64,000 bases of DNA from Escherichia coli. GTDB taxonomy: Bacteria > Pseudomonadota > Gammaproteobacteria > Enterobacterales > Enterobacteriaceae. The DNA lies in NCBI RefSeq assembly GCF_050320075.1, contig NZ_CP190018.1. One strand, 5' to 3'. Made by a program: the position numbers and the translations under genes. The notes under the pieces are model-generated. The model ran no database searches and was not told the DNA's origin. It worked only from the letters and a program-made list of their open reading frames with translations. Shown here piece after piece: positions 1 through 11,559 of this stretch (position 1 is its first letter; every line of letters starts with the position of its first letter).

Positions 1-114
1 GTCATAAAAATTCATTCCGGCGCTACTCAGAGCGGCGTAGTCCAAAGCATCAACCAGCGTTGGAAAATCGGCATAGCGCATAGGTAGGGAATGCGTAAAG
101 ATTTTATTAGACAT
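1..114 (-). CDS. First 38 codons of a gene that runs off the window edge. The N-terminus looks acyl-AMP ligase / AMP-dependent synthetase-like, but this is tentative.
   Basis: ATG on the minus strand at 114-112. The translation MSNKIFTHSLPMRYADFPTLVDALDYAALSSAGMNFYD stays open to position 1. The family guess rests only on this short peptide. Confidence 0.3.
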   Translation of the reverse strand, partial: MSNKIFTHSLPMRYADFPTLVDALDYAALSSAGMNFYD

Positions 115-485
115 ATACACCACGAAAAAATTGGATATCAAAAATAAAATGACAATAATGCGGTGGATTATATAGGCATAAAAGATAAATGAGATAGTAT
201 TTTCATCAGTGTGAAAATGAACATTGATTTAAATAATGAGTTTGAGTTTTTTTGTTTTTATTGTGAATGATATTTAATTTATGAATGTATTAAGAAGAAG
301 CCTTGTCCGGTCGCCTTAAATCGACAAAAGGCATTGTGGCGCTTCTGTGTAGTCTCTGACCTTATCGTAATCATTAATAAATACTATTTATTCGTCGTTT
401 GTATTCATTGGGTTGATTATTAAGGTGCCGTTCGTTGCTGTTGCAACCTGTTTGTCACCGTTAATTATTTGTTACCCACAGAACT

Positions 486-1628
486 ATGGAATGCGATCTG
501 CTGATGATTAAAATTGAAAAAGTAATTAATAAAAATGACCTTAAGGCATTTATCGCTTTTCCGTCATCACTTTATCCCGACGATCCAAACTGGATACCCC
601 CTTTATTCATTGAACGCAACGAGCATTTGTCTGCGAAAAATCCGGGGACGGACCATATCATCTGGCAGGCGTGGGTGGCAAAAAAAGCAGGGCAGATAGT
701 TGGGCGTATTACCGCGCAAATCGATACCTTGCACCGCGAGCGTTACGGCAAAGATACCGGTCATTTCGGCATGATTGACGCCATTGATGATCCGCAGGTT
801 TTTGCCGCGTTGTTTGGCGCAGCGGAAGCGTGGTTGAAGTCACAAGGTGCAAGTAAGATCAGCGGTCCTTTCAGCCTGAATATCAATCAGGAAAGCGGAT
901 TACTGATTGAAGGTTTCGATACACCACCCTGTGCGATGATGCCACACGGCAAACCGTGGTATGCCGCGCATATTGAACAATTGGGTTATCACAAAGGCAT
1001 TGATTTACTGGCGTGGTGGATGCAGCGAACCGATCTCACTTTCTCTCCGGCCCTAAAAAAACTGATGGATCAGGTGCGCAAAAAAGTGACCATTCGCTGC
1101 ATCAATCGCCAGCGGTTTGCCGAAGAGATGCAAATCCTGCGTGAGATTTTCAACTCTGGCTGGCAGCACAACTGGGGATTTGTGCCGTTTACCGAACATG
1201 AGTTCGCGACCATGGGCGATCAACTTAAATATCTGGTGCCGGACGATATGATCTACATCGCTGAGATTGATTCTGCACCCTGCGCGTTTATTGTCGGCTT
1301 GCCGAACATCAACGAGGCGATTGCCGATCTGAACGGATCGCTCTTTCCCTTCGGCTGGGCAAAATTGCTGTGGCGTTTGAAAGTCAGCGGTGTGCGAACT
1401 GCGCGAGTACCGCTGATGGGCGTGCGGGACGAGTATCAGTTCAGCCGCATCGGCCCGGTGATTGCGCTGTTATTGATTGAAGCCTTACGCGATCCGTTTG
1501 CCCGCCGGAAGATCGATGCGCTGGAGATGTCATGGATCCTCGAAACCAATACAGGCATGAATAACATGCTGGAACGCATTGGGGCGGAGCCGTACAAGCG
1601 TTACCGATTGTATGAAAAGCAGATTTGA
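486..1628 (+). CDS. yghO: YghO-like protein (GNAT-fold acetyltransferase-like).
   Basis: 380-aa ORF. I recognise the sequence (MIKIEKVINKNDLKAFIAFPSSLYPDDPNWIPPLF...) as E. coli YghO, next to glcC as in E. coli. The true start may be the internal Met at codon 7. Confidence 0.6.
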   Translation: MECDLLMIKIEKVINKNDLKAFIAFPSSLYPDDPNWIPPLFIERNEHLSAKNPGTDHIIWQAWVAKKAGQIVGRITAQIDTLHRERYGKDTGHFGMIDAIDDPQVFAALFGAAEAWLKSQGASKISGPFSLNINQESGLLIEGFDTPPCAMMPHGKPWYAAHIEQLGYHKGIDLLAWWMQRTDLTFSPALKKLMDQVRKKVTIRCINRQRFAEEMQILREIFNSGWQHNWGFVPFTEHEFATMGDQLKYLVPDDMIYIAEIDSAPCAFIVGLPNINEAIADLNGSLFPFGWAKLLWRLKVSGVRTARVPLMGVRDEYQFSRIGPVIALLLIEALRDPFARRKIDALEMSWILETNTGMNNMLERIGAEPYKRYRLYEKQI

Positions 1629-1634
1629 TGGCAG

Positions 1635-2399
1635 TCACCCCTGCTTCATCTCCAGCGGCACCGCCGAGCGAATCAAATGGTGGCCTTCCAGCTCGATATA
1701 GTGGAGATTCTTTTTCACGGTCCGCACATGATCGCATGCTGCGCGCTGGGCGACGTGCGGCAGCCGCTGCAACACCGCGTTGTAGATCCGCGCATGCTGG
1801 CGATCGATCTGCTTTTTTTGCTGTGGTCGATGGTAGAGATTATTTACGCTGGCAAACACTGAATTAAACATCAGATCGGTCAATGATTGCAGCGTAAACA
1901 CCAACACCTGATTGTGAGAAGCCTGACAAATGGCGAGATGGAAAGCGTGATCCAACTGCGCATGTTCGATCAGCGAAATCTCTTTGTTGTTCTCACTGGC
2001 GGCGAGCATTTTTTCATAACAGCGGGTTATCACAACAAAATCAGCCTGGGTTCCCAGCGTTGCCGCAAGCCTTGCCGATTCACCCTCCAGCAATGCGCGA
2101 ACGTCGAGCAGATCGTACAGCGTTCGCGGCTGCGTGCTGAACAGATGAATTAGCGGGCTGGTATCCTGCACCCGATTAAGCCGTGCGACACGAGAATCGC
2201 GACCCTGCGCCGTTTCAATAATCCCGCGCCCGCGCAGCACGGTCAGCCCTTCACGCAGTGCGGAGCGTGAGAAGCCGAGCTTTTCACACAGTCGACGTTC
2301 CGAGGGAAGCGGCTGACCGACCTTCAGTACGCCGTCGATAATTAACCGTTCGATACTCTCTGCAACCACTTCGCAAATAGGGCGACGTTCATCTTTCAT
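1635..2399 (-). CDS. glcC: GntR/FadR-family transcriptional activator of the glc operon.
   Basis: The ORF was trimmed to MKDERRPICEVVAESIERLIIDGVLKVGQPLPSERRLCEKLGFSRSALREGL. It has an N-terminal GntR wHTH and a FadR-type C-terminal domain, and is divergent from glcD. Confidence 0.9.
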   Translation of the reverse strand: MKDERRPICEVVAESIERLIIDGVLKVGQPLPSERRLCEKLGFSRSALREGLTVLRGRGIIETAQGRDSRVARLNRVQDTSPLIHLFSTQPRTLYDLLDVRALLEGESARLAATLGTQADFVVITRCYEKMLAASENNKEISLIEHAQLDHAFHLAICQASHNQVLVFTLQSLTDLMFNSVFASVNNLYHRPQQKKQIDRQHARIYNAVLQRLPHVAQRAACDHVRTVKKNLHYIELEGHHLIRSAVPLEMKQG

Positions 2400-2649
2400 T
2401 CCCGGACCTCGTGCACAGGTAGGACCAATTTTTCTGTTCTTGACTCGCAAAACACGCACATCACGTAAGTGATTATGTTACATCAATTTAACATTAAGTT
2501 AACCAAGACAAGGTCACAGAGCTGGAAAAAAAATGGTCTGACCGGTAGCTAAAGAGATAGACGAAAACGAAAAGCCCGCTTAATAACTGTTCACAGAAGC
2601 AGCGCGCAAAAATCAGCTGCCACACAACACAACAAAGCGAAGCCTACTC
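2400..2649. promoter_or_regulatory. Divergent glcC / glcD control region.
   Basis: 250-bp non-coding gap between divergently oriented glcC and glcD. No individual sites were mapped. Confidence 0.4.
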
Positions 2650-4149
2650 ATGAGCATCTTGTACGAAGAGCGTCTTGATGGCGCTTTACCCGATGTCGAC
2701 CGCACATCGGTACTGATGGCACTGCGTGAGCATGTCCCTGGACTGGAGATCCTGCATACCGATGAGGAGATCATTCCTTACGAGTGTGACGGGTTGAGCG
2801 CGTATCGCACGCGTCCATTACTGGTTGTTCTGCCTAAGCAAATGGAACAGGTGACAGCGATTCTGGCTGTTTGTCACCGCCTGCATGTACCGGTGGTGAC
2901 CCGTGGTGCAGGCACCGGGCTTTCTGGTGGCGCGCTGCCGCTGGAAAAAGGTGTGTTGTTGGTGATGGCGCGCTTTAAAGAGATCCTCGACATTAACCCC
3001 GTTGGTCGCCGCGCGCGCGCGCAGCCGGGCGTGCGTAACCTGGCGATCTCCCAGGCCGTTGCGCCGCATAATCTCTATTACGCGCCGGATCCTTCCTCAC
3101 AAATCGCCTGTTCAATTGGCGGCAATGTGGCGGAAAATGCCGGTGGCGTCCACTGCCTGAAATATGGTCTGACCGTACATAACCTGCTGAAAATTGAAGT
3201 GCAAACGCTGGACGGCGAGGCGCTGACGCTGGGATCGGACGCGCTGGATTCGCCTGGTTTTGACCTGCTGGCGCTGTTCACCGGATCGGAAGGTATGCTC
3301 GGCGTGACCACCGAAGTGACGGTAAAACTGCTGCCGAAGCCGCCCGTGGCGCGGGTTCTGTTAGCCAGCTTTGACTCGGTAGAAAAAGCCGGACTTGCGG
3401 TTGGTGACATCATCGCCAATGGCATTATCCCCGGCGGGCTGGAGATGATGGATAACCTGTCGATCCGCGCGGCGGAAGATTTTATTCATGCCGGTTATCC
3501 GGTCGACGCCGAAGCGATTTTGTTATGCGAGCTGGACGGCGTGGAGTCTGACGTACAGGAAGACTGCGAGCGGGTTAACGACATCTTGTTGAAAGCGGGC
3601 GCGACTGACGTCCGTCTGGCACAGGACGAAGCAGAGCGCGTACGTTTCTGGGCCGGTCGCAAAAATGCGTTCCCTGCGGTAGGACGAATCTCCCCGGATT
3701 ACTACTGCATGGATGGCACCATCCCGCGCCGCGCCCTGCCTGGCGTACTGGAAGGCATTGCCCGTTTATCGCAGCAATATGATTTACGCGTTGCCAACGT
3801 CTTTCATGCCGGAGACGGCAACATGCACCCGTTAATCCTTTTCGATGCCAACGAACCCGGTGAATTTGCCCGCGCGGAAGAGCTGGGCGGGAAGATCCTC
3901 GAACTCTGCGTTGAAGTTGGCGGCAGCATCAGTGGGGAACATGGCATCGGGCGCGAAAAAATCAATCAAATGTGCGCCCAGTTCAACAGCGATGAAATCA
4001 CGACCTTCCATGCGGTCAAGGCGGCGTTTGACCCCGATGGTTTGCTGAACCCTGGGAAAAACATTCCCACGCTACACCGCTGTGCTGAATTTGGTGCCAT
4101 GCATGTGCATCACGGTCATTTACCTTTCCCTGAACTGGAGCGTTTCTGA
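2650..4149 (+). CDS. glcD: Glycolate oxidase subunit GlcD (FAD-linked oxidase).
   Basis: 499-aa ORF with an FAD-binding PCMH-type region (VVTRGAGTGLSGGALP). It is first in the glcDEFGB order. Confidence 0.95.
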   Translation: MSILYEERLDGALPDVDRTSVLMALREHVPGLEILHTDEEIIPYECDGLSAYRTRPLLVVLPKQMEQVTAILAVCHRLHVPVVTRGAGTGLSGGALPLEKGVLLVMARFKEILDINPVGRRARAQPGVRNLAISQAVAPHNLYYAPDPSSQIACSIGGNVAENAGGVHCLKYGLTVHNLLKIEVQTLDGEALTLGSDALDSPGFDLLALFTGSEGMLGVTTEVTVKLLPKPPVARVLLASFDSVEKAGLAVGDIIANGIIPGGLEMMDNLSIRAAEDFIHAGYPVDAEAILLCELDGVESDVQEDCERVNDILLKAGATDVRLAQDEAERVRFWAGRKNAFPAVGRISPDYYCMDGTIPRRALPGVLEGIARLSQQYDLRVANVFHAGDGNMHPLILFDANEPGEFARAEELGGKILELCVEVGGSISGEHGIGREKINQMCAQFNSDEITTFHAVKAAFDPDGLLNPGKNIPTLHRCAEFGAMHVHHGHLPFPELERF

Positions 4150-5201
4150 TGCTACGCGAGTGTGATTACAGCCAGGCGCTGCTGGAGCAGGTGAATCAGG
4201 CGATTAGCGATAAAACGCCGCTGGTGATTCAGGGCAGCAATAGCAAAGCCTTTTTAGGTCGTCCTGTCACCGGGCAAACGCTGGATGTGCGTTGTCATCG
4301 CGGCATTGTTAATTACGACCCGACCGAGCTGGTGATAACCGCTCGTGCCGGAACGCCGCTGGTGGCGATTGAAGCGGCGCTGGAGAGCGCCGGGCAAATG
4401 CTCCCCTGCGAGCCGCCGCATTATGGTGAAGAAGCCACCTGGGGCGGGATGGTCGCCTGCGGGCTGGCGGGGCCGCGTCGCCCGTGGAGCGGTTCGGTCC
4501 GCGATTTTGTCCTCGGCACGCGCATCATTACCGGCACTGGAAAACATCTGCGTTTTGGTAGCGAAGTGATGAAAAACGTTGCCGGATACGATCTCTCACG
4601 GTTAATGGCCGGAAGCTACGGTTGTCTGGGTGTGCTCACTGAAATCTCGATGAAAGTGTTACCGCGACCACGCGCCACCCTGAGTCTGCGTCGGGAAATC
4701 AGCCTGCAAGAAGCCATGAATGAAATCGCCCAGTGGCAACTCCAGCCATTACCCATTAGTGGCTTATGTTACTTCGACAATGCGTTGTGGATCCGCCTTG
4801 AGGGCGGCGAAGGATCGGTAAAAGCAGCGCGTGAACTGCTGGGGGGCGAAGAGGTTGCGGGTCAGTTCTGGCAGCAATTGCGTGAACAACAACTGCCGTT
4901 CTTCTCGTTACCAGGTACCTTATGGCGCATTTCCTTACCCTGCGATGCGCCGATGATGGATTTACCCGGCGAGCAACTGATCGACTGGGGCGGGGCGTTA
5001 CGCTGGCTGAAATCGACAGCCGAGGACAATCAAATCCATCGCATCGCCCGCAACGCTGGCGGTCATGCGACCCGCTTTAGTGCCGGAGATGGTGGCTTTG
5101 CCCCGCTATCGGCTCCTTTATTCCGCTATCACCAGCAGCTTAAACAGCAGCTCGACCCTTGCGGCGTGTTTAATCCCGGTCGCATGTACGCGGAGCTTTA
5201 A
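4149..5201 (+). CDS. glcE: Glycolate oxidase subunit GlcE.
   Basis: 350-aa ORF. Its start overlaps the glcD stop (TGATG). It is an FAD-oxidase paralogue in the conserved position. Confidence 0.9.
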   Translation: MLRECDYSQALLEQVNQAISDKTPLVIQGSNSKAFLGRPVTGQTLDVRCHRGIVNYDPTELVITARAGTPLVAIEAALESAGQMLPCEPPHYGEEATWGGMVACGLAGPRRPWSGSVRDFVLGTRIITGTGKHLRFGSEVMKNVAGYDLSRLMAGSYGCLGVLTEISMKVLPRPRATLSLRREISLQEAMNEIAQWQLQPLPISGLCYFDNALWIRLEGGEGSVKAARELLGGEEVAGQFWQQLREQQLPFFSLPGTLWRISLPCDAPMMDLPGEQLIDWGGALRWLKSTAEDNQIHRIARNAGGHATRFSAGDGGFAPLSAPLFRYHQQLKQQLDPCGVFNPGRMYAEL

Positions 5202-5211
5202 GGAGCAGGCT

Positions 5212-6435
5212 ATGCAAACCCAATTAACCGAAGAGATGCGGCAGAACGCGCGGGCGCTGGAAGCCGACAGCATCCTGCGCGCCTGTGTTCACTGCGGATT
5301 TTGTACCGCAACCTGCCCAACCTATCAGCTCCTGGGCGATGAACTGGACGGGCCGCGCGGGCGCATCTATCTGATTAAACAGGTGCTGGAAGGTAACGAA
5401 GTCACGCTTAAAACACAGGAGCATCTCGATCGCTGTCTCACTTGCCGCAATTGTGAAACCACCTGTCCTTCTGGTGTGCGCTATCACAATTTGCTGGATA
5501 TCGGGCGTGATATTGTCGAGCAGAAAGTGAAACGCCCACTGCCGGAGCGAATGCTGCGCGAAGGATTGCGCCAGGTAGTGCCGCATCCGGCTGTCTTCCG
5601 TGCGCTGACGCAGGTAGGGCTGGTGCTGCGACCGTTTTTACCGGAACAGGTCAGAGCAAAACTGCCTGCTGAAACCGTAAAAGCTAAACCGCGTCCACCG
5701 CTGCGCCATAAGCGTCGGGTTTTAATGCTGGAAGGCTGCGCCCAGCCTACGCTTTCGCCCAACACCAACGCGGCAACTGCGCGAGTGCTGGATCGTCTGG
5801 GGATCAGCGTGACGCCAGCTAATGAAGCAGGCTGTTGTGGCGCGGTGGACTATCATCTTAATGCGCAAGAGAAAGGGCTGGCGCGGGCGCGCAATAATAT
5901 TGATGCCTGGTGGCCCGCGATTGAAGCAGGTGCCGAGGCTATTTTGCAGACTGCCAGCGGCTGCGGCGCGTTTGTCAAAGAGTATGGGCAGATGCTGAAA
6001 AACGATGCGTTGTATGCCGATAAAGCGCGTCAGGTCAGTGAGCTGGCGGTCGATTTAGTCGAACTTCTGCGCGAGGAACCGCTGGAAAAACTGGCAATTC
6101 GCGGCGATAAAAAACTGGCCTTCCACTGCCCGTGTACCCTGCAACATGCGCAAAAGCTGAACGGCGAAGTGGAAAAAGTGTTACTTCGTCTTGGATTTAC
6201 CTTAACGGACGTTCCCGACAGCCATCTGTGCTGCGGTTCAGCGGGAACATATGCGTTAACGCATCCCGATCTGGCGCGCCAGCTGCGGGATAACAAAATG
6301 AATGCGCTGGAAAGCGGCAAACCGGAAATGATCGTCACCGCCAACATTGGTTGCCAGACGCATCTGGCGAGCGCCGGTCGTACCTCTGTGCGTCACTGGA
6401 TTGAAATTGTAGAACAAGCCCTTGAAAAGGAATAA
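5212..6435 (+). CDS. glcF: Glycolate oxidase iron-sulfur subunit GlcF.
   Basis: Start chosen at ATG 5212 (MQTQLTEEMRQ), preceded by AGGAG. It has two 4Fe-4S motifs (CVHCGFCTATCP and CLTCRNCETTCP). The longer ORF-track start at 5065 overlaps glcE. Confidence 0.9.
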   Translation: MQTQLTEEMRQNARALEADSILRACVHCGFCTATCPTYQLLGDELDGPRGRIYLIKQVLEGNEVTLKTQEHLDRCLTCRNCETTCPSGVRYHNLLDIGRDIVEQKVKRPLPERMLREGLRQVVPHPAVFRALTQVGLVLRPFLPEQVRAKLPAETVKAKPRPPLRHKRRVLMLEGCAQPTLSPNTNAATARVLDRLGISVTPANEAGCCGAVDYHLNAQEKGLARARNNIDAWWPAIEAGAEAILQTASGCGAFVKEYGQMLKNDALYADKARQVSELAVDLVELLREEPLEKLAIRGDKKLAFHCPCTLQHAQKLNGEVEKVLLRLGFTLTDVPDSHLCCGSAGTYALTHPDLARQLRDNKMNALESGKPEMIVTANIGCQTHLASAGRTSVRHWIEIVEQALEKE

Positions 6436-6439
6436 CAAA

Positions 6440-6844
6440 ATGAAAACTAAAGTCATTCTTAGCCAGCAAATGGCGAGTGCAATTATTGCCGCAGGTCAGG
6501 AAGAGGCGCAGAAAAATAACTGGTCTGTTTCCATTGCTGTTGCCGATGACGGCGGTCATCTGCTGGCGTTAAGTCGCATGGACGATTGCGCGCCGATTGC
6601 GGCTTACATCTCCCAGGAGAAAGCGCGTACCGCCGCGCTGGGGCGTCGTGAAACTAAGGGCTATGAAGAGATGGTGAACAACGGACGTACCGCGTTCGTG
6701 ACTGCGCCGTTATTAACGTCGCTGGAAGGCGGCGTACCGGTTGTTGTTGATGGGCAAATTATTGGTGCCGTGGGCGTTTCTGGTTTAACCGGAGCACAGG
6801 ATGCGCAGGTCGCGAAAGCGGCAGCAGCGGTGTTGGCGAAATAA
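6440..6844 (+). CDS. glcG: GlcG (haem-degrading / DUF336-type protein).
   Basis: 134-aa product MKTKVILSQQMASAIIAAGQEEAQ..., lying between glcF and glcB. Confidence 0.85.
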   Translation: MKTKVILSQQMASAIIAAGQEEAQKNNWSVSIAVADDGGHLLALSRMDDCAPIAAYISQEKARTAALGRRETKGYEEMVNNGRTAFVTAPLLTSLEGGVPVVVDGQIIGAVGVSGLTGAQDAQVAKAAAAVLAK

Positions 6845-6865
6845 GCGAAAACGAGGAGAGAAACA

Positions 6866-9037
6866 ATGAGTCAAACCATAACCCAGGGCCGTTTACGCAT
6901 TGACGCCAATTTTAAACGTTTTGTGGATGAAGAAGTTTTGCCGGGAACAGGGTTGGACGCTGCGGCGTTCTGGCGCAATGTTGATGAGATCGTTCACGAT
7001 CTGGCACCAGAAAATCGTCAGTTGCTGGCAGAACGCGATCGCATTCAGGCGGCGCTTGATGAGTGGCATCGCAGCAATCCGGGGCCGGTTAAAGATAAAG
7101 CGGCCTATAAATCTTTCCTGCGTGAACTGGGCTACCTGGTGCCACAACCGGATCGCGTGACGGTGGAAACCACGGGCATTGACAGCGAAATCACCAGCCA
7201 GGCGGGGCCACAGCTGGTGGTTCCGGCAATGAACGCCCGCTACGCGCTGAACGCGGCGAACGCTCGCTGGGGCTCACTGTACGATGCGTTATACGGCAGC
7301 GACATCATCCCGCAGGAAGGGGCGATGGTCAGCGGCTACGATCCGCAGCGCGGTGAGCAGGTTATCGCCTGGGTTCGGCGTTTCCTCGATGAATCACTAC
7401 CGCTGGAAAACGGCAGCTATCAGGATGTGGTGGCGTTTAAGGTGGTTGATAAACAATTACGCATCCAGTTGAAAAATGGTAAAGAAACCACGTTACGCAC
7501 CCCGGCGCAGTTTGTCGGTTACCGTGGCAATGCCGCTGCGCCGTCCTGCATTTTGCTGAAAAATAACGGCCTGCATATTGAGCTGCAAATCGATGCCAAC
7601 GGGCGGATTGGCAAAGACGATCCGGCGCATATCAACGATGTTATCGTCGAAGCGGCCATCAGTACCATTCTCGACTGCGAAGATTCGGTCGCGGCGGTTG
7701 ATGCGGAAGATAAAATCCTGCTGTACCGCAACCTGCTGGGCCTGATGCAGGGGACTCTGCAAGAGAAAATGGAAAAAAACGGTCGGCAAATCGTGCGTAA
7801 ACTGAATGACGATCGTCATTACACCGCCGCCGATGGCTCTGAAATTTCTCTGCACGGACGCTCGCTGCTGTTTATCCGCAACGTGGGTCATTTGATGACC
7901 ATTCCTGTGATTTGGGACAGCGAAGGCAATGAAATCCCGGAAGGCATTCTTGATGGCGTCATGACTGGCGCGATTGCCCTCTATGATTTAAAAGTGCAGA
8001 AAAACTCGCGCACTGGCAGCGTCTATATTGTGAAACCGAAAATGCACGGTCCGCAGGAAGTGGCGTTCGCCAACAAACTGTTTACCCGCATTGAGACAAT
8101 GCTCGGTATGGCACCGAATACCCTGAAAATGGGCATTATGGATGAAGAACGTCGGACCTCGCTGAACTTGCGTAGCTGTATCGCTCAGGCGCGCAACCGC
8201 GTGGCGTTCATCAATACCGGTTTCCTCGACCGTACCGGCGATGAAATGCATTCGGTGATGGAAGCTGGCCCGATGCTGCGTAAAAATCAGATGAAATCGA
8301 CGCCTTGGATCAAAGCCTACGAGCGTAATAACGTGCTTTCCGGTCTGTTCTGTGGGCTGCGCGGTAAAGCGCAAATTGGTAAAGGCATGTGGGCAATGCC
8401 GGACCTGATGGCAGACATGTACAGCCAGAAGGGCGACCAACTGCGTGCCGGGGCAAACACAGCCTGGGTTCCGTCACCAACCGCTGCTACGCTCCATGCG
8501 CTGCACTACCACCAAACCAACGTACAGAGCGTGCAGGCCAACATTGCCCAGAGCGAGTTCAATGCTGAATTTGAACCGCTGCTGGACGATCTGCTGACTA
8601 TTCCGGTGGCTGAAAACGCTAACTGGTCGGTGGAAGAGATCCAACAAGAGCTGGATAACAACGTGCAGGGGATTCTGGGGTACGTGGTGCGTTGGGTGGA
8701 GCAGGGGATTGGTTGTTCAAAAGTGCCGGATATTCACAACGTGGCGCTGATGGAAGACCGCGCAACGCTGCGTATCTCCAGCCAGCATATCGCCAACTGG
8801 TTACGTCACGGTATTCTGACCAAAGAACAGGTGCAGGCGTCGCTGGAGAATATGGCGAAAGTGGTTGATCAGCAAAACGCTGGCGATCCGGCTTATCGTC
8901 CGATGGCGGGGAATTTCGCTAACTCGTGTGCTTTTAAAGCTGCCAGCGATTTAATCTTCCTCGGCGTGAAACAGCCAAACGGCTATACCGAACCGTTATT
9001 ACACGCCTGGCGTTTACGCGAAAAAGAAAGTCATTAA
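6866..9037 (+). CDS. glcB: Malate synthase G.
   Basis: 723-aa ORF with a GAGGAG RBS upstream. The sequence is recognised as E. coli GlcB. Confidence 0.95.
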   Translation: MSQTITQGRLRIDANFKRFVDEEVLPGTGLDAAAFWRNVDEIVHDLAPENRQLLAERDRIQAALDEWHRSNPGPVKDKAAYKSFLRELGYLVPQPDRVTVETTGIDSEITSQAGPQLVVPAMNARYALNAANARWGSLYDALYGSDIIPQEGAMVSGYDPQRGEQVIAWVRRFLDESLPLENGSYQDVVAFKVVDKQLRIQLKNGKETTLRTPAQFVGYRGNAAAPSCILLKNNGLHIELQIDANGRIGKDDPAHINDVIVEAAISTILDCEDSVAAVDAEDKILLYRNLLGLMQGTLQEKMEKNGRQIVRKLNDDRHYTAADGSEISLHGRSLLFIRNVGHLMTIPVIWDSEGNEIPEGILDGVMTGAIALYDLKVQKNSRTGSVYIVKPKMHGPQEVAFANKLFTRIETMLGMAPNTLKMGIMDEERRTSLNLRSCIAQARNRVAFINTGFLDRTGDEMHSVMEAGPMLRKNQMKSTPWIKAYERNNVLSGLFCGLRGKAQIGKGMWAMPDLMADMYSQKGDQLRAGANTAWVPSPTAATLHALHYHQTNVQSVQANIAQSEFNAEFEPLLDDLLTIPVAENANWSVEEIQQELDNNVQGILGYVVRWVEQGIGCSKVPDIHNVALMEDRATLRISSQHIANWLRHGILTKEQVQASLENMAKVVDQQNAGDPAYRPMAGNFANSCAFKAASDLIFLGVKQPNGYTEPLLHAWRLREKESH

Positions 9038-9391
9038 TAGCGTCAAAAAAGCCCCGGCAAGTTTTATTGTCGGGGCTATGATAGTAACTGCGGTAGTACA
9101 TTTATCCCGGAAATAACCGGAGCGATTATCAGGGTTTAACAATATTAAATACCCGTAGCGCATTACTAGCGGGCCTAAAACAACAATATGGACATCTTAA
9201 CGATACTCTGCGCCTGCGTGTGCGGAACAGAAACCCTTACCCGATATACTTGTTATGCCAGAGGTAGCAATTGCGTTAGCAGCGTACTGTTGCTGTAAAG
9301 TATAACGCCTATATTTTACAGTTCAGTCCTCTTTTGCTTATTACAACCTTAAGTATATCAAGCATATAAAGATAATAAGAGACTGAACAAT

Positions 9392-11074
9392 ATGGTTACC
9401 TGGACCCAAATGTATATGCCGATGGGAGGACTGGGGCTATCCGCTCTGGTCGCCCTGATCCCGATAATATTCTTCTTCGTTGCACTCGCGGTATTACGTC
9501 TGAAAGGACATGTCGCTGGAGCAATAACCCTTATATTATCTATCCTGATTGCAATATTCGCCTTTAAAATGCCGATTGATATGGCATTTGCTGCTGCGGG
9601 CTATGGCTTTATTTATGGTTTATGGCCTATTGCGTGGATTATTGTCGCGGCGGTATTCTTGTATAAATTAACCGTTGCCAGCGGCCAGTTCGATATTATC
9701 CGCAGCTCGGTTATCTCCATCACCGACGATCAGCGTTTGCAGGTGTTACTGATTGGTTTCTCCTTTGGCGCGTTGCTGGAAGGGGCGGCTGGCTTTGGTG
9801 CGCCGGTGGCGATTACCGGTGCGCTGCTGGTGGGCCTGGGCTTCAAACCGTTATACGCGGCGGGGCTGTGTCTGATTGCCAACACTGCGCCGGTGGCGTT
9901 TGGTGCGTTGGGCGTGCCGATTCTGGTCGCCGGTCAGGTAACGGGAATCGATCCGTTCCACATTGGCGCAATGGCGGGACGTCAGTTACCGTTCCTGTCG
10001 GTTCTTGTGCCGTTCTGGCTGGTAGCAATGATGGACGGCTGGAAAGGGGTGAAAGAGACGTGGCCAGCGGCGCTGGTTGCTGGGGGAAGCTTCGCTGTCA
10101 CTCAGTTCTTTACCTCTAACTATATTGGTCCGGAACTGCCGGATATTACTTCGGCGCTGGTGAGTATCGTCTCACTCGCTTTATTCCTTAAAGTCTGGCG
10201 GCCGAAAAATACCGAAACGGCAATCAGCATGGGACAATCCGCAGGTGCGATGGTGGTGAATAAACCATCTTCTGGCGGTCCCGTGCCTTCAGAATATAGT
10301 CTGGGGCAAATCATTCGTGCGTGGTCACCGTTTTTAATCTTAACGGTGCTGGTCACCATCTGGACCATGAAGCCGTTTAAAGCGTTATTTGCTCCGGGCG
10401 GCGCGTTTTATTCACTGGTGATTAATTTCCAGATCCCTCATTTGCATCAACAAGTGTTGAAAGCGGCACCCATTGTCGCCCAACCAACGCCAATGGATGC
10501 GGTGTTTAAATTAGACCCTCTCTCGGCTGGCGGCACCGCTATTTTTATTGCGGCGATTATCTCTATCTTCATCCTCGGCGTGGGCATCAAGAAAGGGATT
10601 GGCGTCTTTGCCGAAACGCTAATTAGTCTGAAGTGGCCGATATTGTCGATTGGCATGGTGCTGGCGTTCGCCTTCGTCACCAACTATTCCGGTATGTCCA
10701 CCACGCTGGCGCTGGTACTGGCAGGTACAGGCGTGATGTTCCCGTTTTTCTCACCGTTTCTCGGCTGGCTGGGCGTATTCCTTACCGGCTCGGACACCTC
10801 CTCTAACGCCCTGTTTGGTTCACTGCAATCGACCACGGCGCAGCAAATCAACGTCTCTGACACTCTGCTGGTGGCAGCAAATACCAGCGGCGGCGTAACT
10901 GGCAAGATGATCTCCCCGCAATCTATCGCCGTGGCCTGCGCCGCGACGGGCATGGTGGGCCGAGAATCTGAACTGTTCCGCTACACCGTGAAGCACAGTC
11001 TGATTTTTGCCAGCGTTATCGGCATTATCACGCTGTTGCAGGCGTATGTGTTTACCGGGATGTTAGTTTCGTAA
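9392..11074 (+). CDS. glcA: Glycolate/lactate permease (LctP family).
   Basis: 560-aa polytopic membrane protein downstream of glcB. Confidence 0.9.
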   Translation: MVTWTQMYMPMGGLGLSALVALIPIIFFFVALAVLRLKGHVAGAITLILSILIAIFAFKMPIDMAFAAAGYGFIYGLWPIAWIIVAAVFLYKLTVASGQFDIIRSSVISITDDQRLQVLLIGFSFGALLEGAAGFGAPVAITGALLVGLGFKPLYAAGLCLIANTAPVAFGALGVPILVAGQVTGIDPFHIGAMAGRQLPFLSVLVPFWLVAMMDGWKGVKETWPAALVAGGSFAVTQFFTSNYIGPELPDITSALVSIVSLALFLKVWRPKNTETAISMGQSAGAMVVNKPSSGGPVPSEYSLGQIIRAWSPFLILTVLVTIWTMKPFKALFAPGGAFYSLVINFQIPHLHQQVLKAAPIVAQPTPMDAVFKLDPLSAGGTAIFIAAIISIFILGVGIKKGIGVFAETLISLKWPILSIGMVLAFAFVTNYSGMSTTLALVLAGTGVMFPFFSPFLGWLGVFLTGSDTSSNALFGSLQSTTAQQINVSDTLLVAANTSGGVTGKMISPQSIAVACAATGMVGRESELFRYTVKHSLIFASVIGIITLLQAYVFTGMLVS

Positions 11075-11083
11075 GTCAATAAT

Positions 11084-11110
11084 GCCGGATGATCGTTAAT
11101 ATCATCCGGC
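11084..11110 (+). terminator. Hairpin after glcA.
   Basis: GCCGGATGAT-cgttaat-ATCATCCGGC forms a 10-bp stem starting 10 nt after the glcA stop. The U-tract is weak. Confidence 0.45.
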
Positions 11111-11559
11111 TACATTTACATTATTCTGTCTTATTAATTGAAAATTATTTCCCTCTTTATTATCCATGCAGCAATAATGTTTTGCGTTCAGATAACCTGC
11201 TAAATAATTAAGAACGTGAGAATATCTATTTTTTTATCACGCAAAACAAGTTTGTACTAATTATGTTCGCTTGATGAGCAAACACCGTGCTATCTGTTGC
11301 TTTTGCAATCGCAATCGTTAAAACTATCAACAACTTGGGATAGTTACATTGTGAATAATTGTTACTTTTTTGTTTGTTGAATCTTTTTATAAATACCCCG
11401 TCTGACATCGAATAGGGGTTATTCTTATAAATTTTACCTGCTTTGCTATCAATGATGCCGTTTTATTAAGAATGGAGGAAGTTATTAGAGAAGATAAAGC
11501 ATAAAACTATTTCTCCCAGTTACGAATTTTTTAACATTGTTTTGTCACTTGCGTTATTA

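Noticed and set aside
1441-2153. Short plus- and minus-strand ORFs overlapping the glcC/yghO junction (1441-1737, 1625-1867, 1677-1862, 1887-2153).
   Set aside because: They overlap the confidently identified glcC or yghO coding regions, and nothing supports them independently.
5065-5211. Longer ORF-track starts for glcF (5065), glcG (6422), sslE (11542), gspG (23326), kpsM (35066), kpsT (34245), kpsF (43372) and glcC (2459).
   Set aside because: The downstream starts match the recognised protein N-termini and have better RBS and coupling geometry. The kpsM extension would also translate through the JUMPstart/ops element.
9049-9078. A hairpin after glcB (GCCCCGGCAA...TTGTCGGGGC) as an intrinsic terminator.
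   Set aside because: The stem is plausible, but no U-tract follows on the plus strand. It was left unannotated.
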